Source of the DNA: Microthyrium microscopicum
Taxonomy: Eukaryota
Assembly: GCA_010405405.1 (NCBI GenBank)
Contig: MU004230.1
Coordinates: 4,420,282-4,484,281 of the forward strand
DNA length: 64,000 nucleotides
Reading direction: 5' to 3'
Position 1 is the stretch's first letter. Each line of letters opens with the position of its first letter. Shown here piece after piece: positions 1-9,857 of this stretch. The position numbers and the translations under genes were made by a program. A model generated the notes under the pieces. It worked only from the letters and a program-made list of their open reading frames with translations. It ran no database searches and had not been told where the DNA came from.

Positions 1-992
1 GAAATACGTACAGAATGGGTAGACAGCAGACCAAAGAAGAGATGACAGGATTGCTGAGGTTTGATGATAGGAAACAAGAAGGTGAGTGAACAGAGGATGA
101 TAGAAATCCGTTTTGCAACCTAGAGTGAATCCAAAACTTCTGAAATGTAATATGCAAGTCGATATGACAGAGGAGACAAAGTCAATTGGAAGGACAGGCG
201 AGTTTCAATGGGACAATTGGTGGAGAAAAGACGGCCTGATAACCAGCAGTTAGTCTCAGCCCAAGAGCTCCGATTCACGAGTAAACAAACCTGGTTAATT
301 GCCAGTGAGGTTTGAGATATAATTCGAGAATCTTAGAAGTGGAATTTTCTAGGCAAGACCTTGAAAGGGACCGGCCGAAATGTGAGTATGTGAGTGCAGT
401 CGCGCAGCCTACTGTCCAGACGCAAGCTTCACGATCGAGCGTGTAACAGTTGCAGTAAGCCCCAGTAGTCAGAGTCAACGACAATGCGGCTAATATCAAT
501 GTTGAGTGGACGAATAGCAGGATGATCGAAAGGAGAGCTTTTGGTAAGACGCAGTAAGGTTATAGCTCCGCGCGTATGAATCCAGTTGTAGAAGTCTTGA
601 ATCTGAAGATAGAGTATAAAGAGGAGGCCGGCGACGAGGGGTTTTCGTTAACAATCAGCGATGATGAGATGAGTGGAAGCGACGGTCTTCCCGTAGTAGT
701 TAGTGAGAGTGAGAGAGGTGCAAAAGGCGAAGTTGAGATGGGAACTTGGAAGGAGCTGCTGCTGCACGCTTGAGGGTCTGCCCACCTCAACATCCCTGCT
801 GCAGCGCAACAGCGCTAAACTCTTTTGAAAAATCCTAGAAAGGGTCACTGCTGTGGTCCATGTGGCTTCATGGCCAACAGTTGTTCTCTTCCTAAACACA
901 ACACTGTTCATCCTTCTGAACATACCACTCCCTCACGACTCTATAATCCAACCTTTTGATCACCATACGCCTCATCGCATCAAACCATCAAC

Positions 993-1406
993 ATGTCGGA
1001 CCAACTCAAGGTAAACAGCGCCCGTCTGTTTCTGCGCGCTTTTGCTCGAAGCTAACTTGTCCAAGGAATTCGCTGAGATTCCCCGAGAATTCCTCAAGGA
1101 GGGTACACAGTTCATGAACCGATGCCAAAAGCGTACGTTACCCTTTCAGCGCGCCTTGCGCTTCACCAGAAACACACTCGCGAATGCCCCTTCCAATTGC
1201 AGTTGGCGGTCGCGCTCGCGCAATTATTCAGCTATCCATAGCCATACTTTACATCATCGTATACATCTACTGACCATCCTCTAGCAAACAAGCGTGAATT
1301 CATCAAGCTTTGCCAAGCTGTCGGACTCGGATTCGTCGTTATGGGCGCTATCGGCTACTTCATCCGCATAATCCACATCCCCGTCAACCAGATTCTCGTG
1401 TCGTGA
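993..1406 (+). CDS. SSS1: Sec61 translocon gamma subunit (3 exons: 993-1010, 1066-1132, 1285-1406)
   Basis: Manual splicing gives MSDQLKEFAEIPREFLKEGTQFMNRCQKPNKREFIKLCQAVGLGFVVMGAIGYFIRIIHIPVNQILVS*, a typical Sec61-gamma. Introns GTAAAC..GCTAAC..AAG and GTACGT..CTGAC..TAG. Confidence 0.95.
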
Positions 1407-1980
1407 GAACAGCAACGAACTAGCTGCTCGGAGAAGAGCATGGAGCAGAAGGACAATGCACCTGCGCCAACATCCTCGTTGAATACTCGTCAGGTTCATT
1501 CATAGGGAGAGAAATAATTCTTGGATGGGGTTGGGAGTCTTATGATCAGCATATAGCGGATTGGGCTTGACCGTTTGTACGATATGGTTTTACGCGGACT
1601 AGAAAAGTCAATTCACATATTCTGGGCCACTTCTTTGATGCATACTTGCTTCCACCTTTCAGCTATTGTCAGATTGGTTTTCACTATGATCTTACATTCG
1701 CTGTTTACGTGAACAACGTTCAGAGACCAGTGGCTGATAGCCTAAAAATATACCTTACAACTCTATCGTCATCTGGCCTGCTGCAACAACTTCCTGTTCT
1801 TGATGGCCTGAATTAAAACCCGTCTTTCTCGAGCTTCTGATATAATATGAAGCATCTACAACTCAAGAATGAGCAATAACTGGCTGGGGAGGCAATAAGT
1901 TGTGAAGAAGACGCGTAAGGCACGTACTGTAGATCAAGTAACAAAAGCCGGACATTGTGCTTGAAACTTTTTCTCAATCT

Positions 1981-2168
1981 GGTGAGATGGGTACGTGCAA
2001 ATATTCTGCAAATTCAATACCATTACTAACATTGCCAAGCCGAGTGGTCTAAGGCGCTACGTTTAGGTTATTTATAACCCCCGTAGTCAGAAATGGCGTG
2101 GGTTCGAATCCCACTCTCGTAAGCATTCTCCTGACTCTCATCAAGTATTTCACTAACAAATTAGATCA
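1981..2168 (+). tRNA. tRNA-Leu(UAG) interrupted by two spliceosomal-type introns (1991-2039, 2119-2164) and one canonical tRNA intron (2068-2080)
   Basis: Joining 1981-1990, 2040-2067, 2081-2118 and 2165-2168 gives an 80-nt cloverleaf: acceptor GGTGAGA/TCTCATC plus discriminator A, D-stem GCC/GGC, anticodon stem CTACG/CGTAG with TAG at 2064-2066, long variable arm, T-arm GTGGG-TTCGAAT-CCCAC. Confidence 0.9.
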
Positions 2169-2182
2169 TTCTTCTGATAGAA

Positions 2183-2193
2183 TTTTCTTTTTT
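2183..2193 (+). terminator. Putative RNA polymerase III terminator (T4-C-T6)
   Basis: TTTTCTTTTTT about 15 nt after the reconstructed tRNA 3' end. No run of 4 or more T occurs inside 1981-2168. Confidence 0.65.
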
Positions 2194-2603
2194 GCTTTCC
2201 GAGCTACCTACTTGTGGTTGGACATATGAAGCATTGGGATGGAGGGATTCTCAAAATCTGGTGTACTTAGGGTTCTCTTTTTGCTCCAATTTCGTACTTT
2301 CACGTCCCAGCGCTCCAAGGAAGAAAGAGAAGTAGGTAGGTATGTGATAGAACATATTGACATGCTTTAGGAGATCCGATATGTATGGAAGTTGATAGGT
2401 AGGCAGACAACGATAGCACAAAGATTGGTCTGGTAAGTTTGTATATATCAACAGACCCGCATGTTGCCATGATATCACAAAGCAGAGACAGTTGATAGCA
2501 AGCGCAGCATGAATATCAAAGAAATAAGTTGCCATAAACGCTACCATAAACTCCATACAATCGCAAAGAACCAAAGCATAAAAACATTGTATAGGTATGC
2601 TCT

Positions 2604-5600
2604 CTATTCGAACCCGCTATTCCCCTTTCTCAAAATCCCAAATATCGAACGCCCCAGAGACTTCAACACTGTCTTCTTAACATGCTCCTTGCGCTTCTTC
2701 TCCGCCGCATCCAGCACCAACCGCCGCTCCGCCTCACGCGCTTGCGCATGCATATTGCTCTTCTTGCTGCCACCCAGCCGCATTCCCGACTTCTCGCCGC
2801 TTCCACTAGAAGTTGACGATGAATTCGATGTTGTGGATAAGTTTGTTGCGCGTCGTAGTAGTGATGGCACTTTGAAGATAGAACTCATTCCTTTCCCGCC
2901 TGCTTGGAAGGCCATGGGCTGTTGTGCGCTTTCTGAGTCGGCTGTGTTGGTGCGACTGAGACGGTTGACGACGGAGGAGGTTCTGCTGGTTTCGGAAGAG
3001 ATTGTGTCGCTGCGCGAAAGGAGGTTTTCGTGTATAAGGTTGAAAGGGTCATCATCTTCGTCGTTGAAGTCTAGGGTTGGCTGGGAGTCGGGAATGAAAG
3101 GCTCGTCGACAAGGAAGGAGAGGGATTCGCGAATTTCAGCGAGAGAGGTTGGGCGTTTAGTTGGTGCGTCCTGAGCGGCGGTGGTGCGGCGTGGATGGCG
3201 TGCTGGTGGGACATTCTCCTTGTCGTCGGATACGAAGTCGTCTGGGAGTTTGCGCTTCATTGAGCTGGGAGAAGGAGCATGCTCGGGCTGAATTTTTTGC
3301 TCATCAGGCTGGGTATCAGGGACCAAGACGACGGTGGGATCGTCGAGGAAGTTTTGGCTTTCAAAGTCATCGCGGTCCTCGAGGGCGTGGAAGAACGCTT
3401 GCTGTTTGGGATTTTGAGCGATTTTGCCAATCTTCTCATCTTCTAGCAGAGCTCGTCGCATGCGAGCGAACTCTTCTTGCTTGCGGCGACGTCGTTCTGC
3501 GCCATCGTCATCTGAATCATCAAGATCGTCGAAGCCAGCGGCGCCTCGCTTTTTGCGTAGGAGGCCGGTTGTGACGTCTTTGTACAGCTTATTGATTTGC
3601 TTTTCGTCGGCTTGACGTTCCTTCTCGCTAAGGTTTCGTTAGTCATGATCTTTGGGAGAGTGTTATGGAGGGACTTACGCATGGAAAGCAGCAACAGCGT
3701 TTTCGTTGACATCAACATGACCGTCATCCATCATCCTCTGCATCTCTTCGTCCATTTCTCCATTACTCTCATCATCACTGGCACCTCCAAGTCCAGCATA
3801 CTCATCTTCAGATTCTTCAGCCTGTTCTTCAAAGAGCTCCTTGGCTGCACTCTTCTTCTTGTCGAAAGCGGCTTTATTGGCAGCCTTCTTGGCTCCTCTG
3901 GATAAGACATTAAAGGCGTCCTTCGCTGAATCCGCTCCAAGAGCAGCTTCTGCTGGAGGCTGCATATCCTCGTCTTCAGAGTCCATAGCCATGTCTTTAC
4001 GACGAATGAGCCGACCTTTGGGCTTTCGTACGGGCGTCTCTTGAGTGGCGAGAACCAAGGTATCAACAGTAGATGGAGGTACTTGCTGTTTACCGGCAGG
4101 CTCACGTGGAGCCGCAAACCCAGCATCCTGGGTCAACTCGATGAATTGCGACATCTTGACAGGAGAAATCTGCGTATCCTCAAATTGGGAAGGAAATTGA
4201 CTTATTCCCAGACTGATACCAAGCGTTGGTTCTTGAGGAACACTCTCTGATAATGCAGCTAGCTGGCTGTTAGGCATTAGCTTGCTCTTATAGAAAGAGT
4301 CATCAAAGTCCGACTTGGAACCGGGGAAGTGGTCCAGAAGAGCCATGGAGTCTTGATCAGGGTCAAATTTAAGGTTGGATACTTGAGAATCTTCTTGAGA
4401 ATCCAGACCCAGAGTTCCAGCAAATGCTTGGCTAAGTCCTCCTGCAGCAGCACTGGAGGGTAAGAAACCAAAGGCTGCTCGCGCTTTGTCACCCGGAGAC
4501 ACCCCAGATAATGTTGTTGGAGGAGCCAAAGCTTCCTCATCCTCATCATCTTCAACAACTCTTCGCTTTAGAGAAGGGCGAGCTCGAGGCATGGCTGCAA
4601 CAGGCTCATCATCTGTCTCTGATTCAGGGACCGTCTCAGTTATAGCCTGTTGATTGATTCCAGTAGGTTCCGGTGTGCTTTCAATCAAAGGAGCATCCTT
4701 CACCGGCACTGCAGCAATTTCATCTACTGTTTTGGCGGCGGGAGGTTTGGGTTGGAAGATGCCCCATACTTCTTTCTCTTCAGAGTCCTCACCTGCGCTC
4801 TCGTCGGCCTCATTGTCGAAGAGTGGCATTGGGTGCTCTGCATCATCTTCGTCGGCTTCCACCTCATCCTCAGATCCAGAGAGCTCGGCTTCTGACGCCT
4901 CATCCTCATCCTCGCCATCCCAGTCCTCATCGTCGTCATCATCGTCTGGAAGATCACCGTCTTGTTTTCCCTCCTTCTTTGCTGCAGCCTTTTCTTTCTT
5001 CGCAATATCAGCGGCCTCAACTCTGGCTCTCTCGAGCAGTGTTTCGAATTCAAGCTGTTCTTGTTCTCGCTCCTCCATAGTTTGAATGACAACACCTCGA
5101 GCTCGGAGTTCAGCGATTCTCTCCTCTTTGTCTTTGATGGCTTGTTGGCGAGCCTTTTCTTTGAGTTGTTGCTGAAGTTCTGGAAGAGTGAGCCCCTTGC
5201 CCTTACCGCGTTTTTTGCTAGGAGATGTGAGGTTGGCCAAATGTCGTAGCTGCATCAAAGACACTGACTCCATGGTACGGTTGGCTGGCAAAGCGTCGAA
5301 GATTTTGGTAGCTTTTGCTTTGGGTTTAACAATCTCAAGTTCATCATCCGAATCATCTAATACAATCTCCTTTGAGGCGGGAGGAACGATACGGAATTGC
5401 TTCTTAGCACCAGATGGTTTGCTTGCCACTTTTGGCTCTGGGGCTGCGGTAGCTAATGATGGTGCGAGCTTGCTCTCTCGAGCCCGAGCGAATAGTTCCT
5501 TGATGTCCGGTAAATCGTCGTCGACATCAAACAAGTCATCATGGAGTGCTGGTTCTCCGACATCAGCTTCAGGCGCTACGGATAGTTTGACTAGAGACTT

Positions 5601-6593
5601 GACGCTTGCTGGACTCGTGGGTGGTGTGTCTTTGTGCTGAGCCTGTTCTGTGTCTGATGATACTAAGGCGCCCGACATGGTCAACTCGTCCTCGGATTGC
5701 TTCTCTGTGGCTGGCGAGTTGATTGGCTTGAAATTGAATCTCGCAAAAAGATCTTGTTTAGTGATCTTCCTTTTTACCATGGCTTGATGTGCAAGCTGTT
5801 GATTTCTTGACATTCGCTGGGTTTCTCTATGCAGTTCTTCAAGAGCTTTCTTGCTAGCCTTTCTTGAAGGTCGCGTCTTTTGAGTCATCTGCTCGTCTGC
5901 TTGTTGGTCTTCCTGATCATGATCGGAAGAGATGAGATCTTCGAGAGCCGTTCCACTTGCAGGACCTGAAGCCTTTGACTTCTTGGATTTTGTTTGCTTC
6001 TTTCTCGACGCGCCATCCTTTGACTTCCTGGAAGCAAGCTTCTGTAGTTTTGAGGCAACATTGGAGACTGCAATATCGCTCTCTGATCCAGAATGGTGGC
6101 TAGGTCCGGGAGAGACAAACAGACCAGGCGAAGAACGACGGCTGACTGGCTCAGAGACGGGTTTGGGGGGTGTAGAAAGTGAGCTGTCATGAGCCGTTGA
6201 CCGCTGCAAACGCCCAGGTTTCTTTACCGGTGATTCATCATCAGAATCATCCTCTGTAGTCTTTGTATTCAGAGCGGTTGGGACTGTTGTGCTGAAGGCT
6301 GAATTTGGACCAGCATTGCTAGTGGTTTGAGCATTAACACCCATGAGACGAGCCGCCATACGTCCTCTAGGTACGTAGGGAATGATTTCGGCCTCGGAGG
6401 CACTGGAATCGTCCATTTCTGAGGCACTGGGAGAATTATGTGAGCTCATTGGGGAGCTGGGGGATTCGTGTCGCGTTGATTTTGGACTTGAAGGTACCGA
6501 GTGAGCGTGTTTTGGGGAGTATGGTTTTGATATTGGAAGATTTGCAGATGCAGGAGATGGCAAGGGAGACATTGGGTCTTTCGGAGTCTCCAT
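2604..6593 (-). CDS. MRC1: Mrc1/claspin-like replication checkpoint mediator (intron 3628-3678)
   Basis: Acidic low-complexity protein with 'SKKALEELHRETQRMSRNQQLAHQA' and MRC1-domain-like 'FEEQAEESEDEYAGLGGASDDE'. The GTAAGT..CTAAC..TAG intron joins the two ORFs in frame. First ATG is at 6593. Confidence 0.88.
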
Positions 6594-6684
6594 TTCGGCG
6601 TTTGTGATATTGTTGATCTGAGGTTGAAAATAATGGAGAGAGCTCTCTCTACAATCTGAGTTAATGCTCAGAAGCTCGACCAAT

Positions 6685-6765
6685 ACGCGAGGGGCTTTCT
6701 AGGTGTAGCTTGCTTGAAGGAACGCGCCAACGCGTTGTGGGCGCGTCAGACCTGCAGGCACGCGT
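6685..6765. promoter_or_regulatory. Cluster of MCB (MluI cell-cycle box) elements
   Basis: ACGCGT at 6730-6735 and 6760-6765, plus ACGCG cores at 6685 and 6722 and GCGCGT at 6741, all 90-170 bp upstream of MRC1, which is an MBF/G1-S target in yeasts. Confidence 0.75.
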
Positions 6766-7210
6766 TCTGAGCTAGCGCAACTTCATTTTTTCCATTGGTT
6801 CCATTGTTGCACATGACAAAATTATATCAACATCTTTCACTCTCGACAACAAAATAAACTACGGCTATCAACACATTTTTCCACCAGAATATATATACTA
6901 TTTTTCCATCGCATTCGATTACCATTTTCGCGTCTACTGAAAAGCCATCGAGGGTCTCAAAAAGTCTTAGCGCGTCTGGATTGTGGACCCCGCCATCACA
7001 GCTTCCCAAAATCTCGAGGTCGAGTCTCAATCCCTTGCGCTGCCTAATCATTTCGGAAACAACTCAATAATAGTAACTGCCTTGTTTTTATCTCTGTCAC
7101 TCTAAGGAGTCACCGGCACACTTTCATCAATTTAGAAAAAGATTCTGTGCCAGAACCTCCTTGCAACCGACTATCCTTACTCCAACCACAATACCTCACC
7201 CAGCTATATC

Positions 7211-9373
7211 ATGTCGCCCAGCATGAAATACGTTCTGGTCTCTGGAGGTGTTATCAGCGGAGTAGGAAAGGGCATTATAGCCTCGTCTTCTGGCCTCCTA
7301 CTCAAAACGATGGGTATGAAGGTCTCTTCAATTAAGATCGACCCATATCTCAACGTCGACGCGGGCACGATGAACCCAAAAGAGCACGGAGAAGTCTTCG
7401 TTCTTGACGACGGCGGCGAAGTAGACCTTGATTTGGGAAACTACGAACGATATCTCAATATCACCCTTACCCGAGAAAACAATATCACTACCGGAAAAAT
7501 ATATCTTCATGTCATCGAGAAGGAACGAAGAGGTGATTACCTCGGCCGCACTGTCCAGGTCGTTCCAAATATCACCGATGCCATTATAGAATGGATACAA
7601 CGAGTGGCCAAAATTCCAGTCGACGATACAAATGAGGAGCCAGATGTTTGCATCATTGAGCTTGGAGGCACCGTGGGGGACATGGAGAGCATGCCATTTG
7701 TCGAAGCCTTGGTCCAGGTAAGCACCTTTCCAGTTTGAACGGATATTGCCAAGGAGTACGATCGCTACCATCAAATCCAAACTATCGAGTACGATGACTA
7801 CCATGTTTTCCGTAAATTATGGAGTGCGCCTTTTCCCATCGACTGCGTAAAATATCCAACACTTTATTAAGTACGATGGGAATTGACGCCGTCTTTGGTT
7901 AGGAAGTGTCATGGTAGACATGGCACTCGATGGCAGTATCATCGAATGGGCTCGCTCATGTTCGCAACCCATTTTCTAACAATTTCTACCTTTTAGTTGA
8001 AGCGAAAAGCTGGTCGAGATAACTTTTTCCAAATTCACGTCTCCTATATACCCACGATCCACGGCGAACAGAAGACGAAACCCACGCAAATGGCAATCAA
8101 ACAAGTGAGAAGTTACGGTCTCATACCGGACCTTATTGCTTGTCGATGTGAGCGAGATCTCGAAGCGCCGACAATCAACAAAATTGCCCAATTTTGTCAC
8201 GTTGAGAACGATCAGGTTCTAGTTGTGCGAGACATGCCGTCAATTTATCAAGTTCCACTACTCCTTGAAACTCAGGGGTTGGTTCCACTCCTCAAAGCCG
8301 GTCTAAGATTGGACGACATTTCCGTACCCGCTAGCCTCCTATCCCGTGGCAACGAGGTCTGGGACAAATGGAAGGGCCTCACCACTCAAAACCAGGATTA
8401 CCTGGCAGTCGTATCCATCGCGCTTGTTGGTAAATACACCGAATTCCACGACTCATATCTCAGTGTACTCAAAGCTCTGGAGCACTCTGCCATGCAGTGT
8501 CAACGAAAACTCGAGGTAAAGTGGGTTGACTCGGAGCATCTCGAGCCAAAGACCAAGGGAAGTGATTCAGCCAAGTTTCACAAGGCATGGCATGAGGTCT
8601 GTACTGCAGATGGCATTCTCGTCCCTGGTGGATTCGGTACTCGTGGCACAGAAGGCATGATCGCAGCTGCAAATTGGGCTCGAGAAAATGATGCTCCATA
8701 TCTCGGCATCTGTCTCGGAATGCAGATTGCTGTCATCGAATATGCCCGCAACGTCTGTGGTGTCCAAGGCGCCACAAGCGAAGAGTTCAGCAAAGAGACT
8801 ACCCCGAAAACCCAGTCAATTGTCGATATCAAGAACATGTCGCTAGATGGACCTGTGCCAGATGGGGTCAACGCCAAGGCTGATGCTGCTCAACTCAAAG
8901 AAGGCGCTAAGGGTGACAAGTCAAAAAACCTGATTGTGTTTATGCCAGAGATCGACAAGACCACCATGGGAGGAACCATGCGTCTCGGTAGACGGCCAAC
9001 TCATTTCCAGCCTCAGTACGAATGGTCGAAACTTCGAGCTCTGTATGGAAATCATAAAGACATCCATGAGCGTCATCGCCATCGCTACGAGGTCAATCCA
9101 GCCTGGGTTCCAACTTTGGAGGAAGCTGGTCTCGCATTCGTTGGCAAAGATGACGAGAACGTTCGTATGGAAATTGTCGAGATCAAGGACAAGAAGTGGT
9201 TCGTTGGGGTTCAATTTCACCCAGAGTACCTCAGTCGAGTCTTGACTCCCAGCCGACCATATCTTGGATTTGTCGCCGCCTGTGCCGGAATGTTGAAGGA
9301 GGTTACGGAGCAAGAGAAGAACTGGAATGCCGACCAGACTACGGTCAATGGAAAAGCTCATGGTGCTTTTTAG
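7211..9373 (+). CDS. URA7: CTP synthase (exons 7211-7717, 7997-9373)
   Basis: [53 protein letters not shown]. Intron GTAAGC..CTAAC..TAG. Translation could also start at the second Met. Confidence 0.97.
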
Positions 9374-9857
9374 GCACAGTACTAGGCATGGTGTTAAGGC
9401 TGAGAGATTGCACATTTGACGTATGAATTGATTGCATTAATTAGATTCCCGTGTTGCAAAACACATGTATAAAAGACGACTAGACGATTAGACGTAGTAA
9501 TGTAGTATGAATATAACGATAACAGGGGAGACTCTCTCAAAAAAAAAATCAGTTGCTCTGTGAAGCGTAGCGTACTCTAGTATGCTCAGTACCTACAGCG
9601 AATGATGGTAGCCACCGAACAAGAAGAAGGCATAAACGCTATTTACTTCACTCAATGGTTGTCATTGTGATCACGATATCAATCAATGTGGGGCTATAAA
9701 ATTGTTGTTGTTTTCGTCGTCCACAGGCCCTGCCCCACTACCACCGCACCAAAATTAAACCGGAGCAATATCAGGCTGTGACTCGACCTAGAGTCATACT
9801 TGATCCACAGAACCTTTCTTTTCATCTTTCCAGCGTTTTAAACTTTCCTCATCCACC

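Noticed and set aside
576..773. 65-aa acidic ORF upstream of SSS1
   Set aside because: No recognisable motif; lies in purine-rich promoter-like sequence.
2067..2086. GTTAT..TAAC..TAG inside the anticodon arm read as a third spliceosomal intron
   Set aside because: Only 20 nt, and removing it would delete the 3' anticodon stem. A canonical 37/38 intron (2068-2080) fits, although its anticodon-intron pair is not obvious.
2033..2122. Interpretation as a simple truncated tRNA pseudogene
   Set aside because: Both missing acceptor-stem pieces are present, complementary, and separated by precise GT..CTAAC..AG segments.
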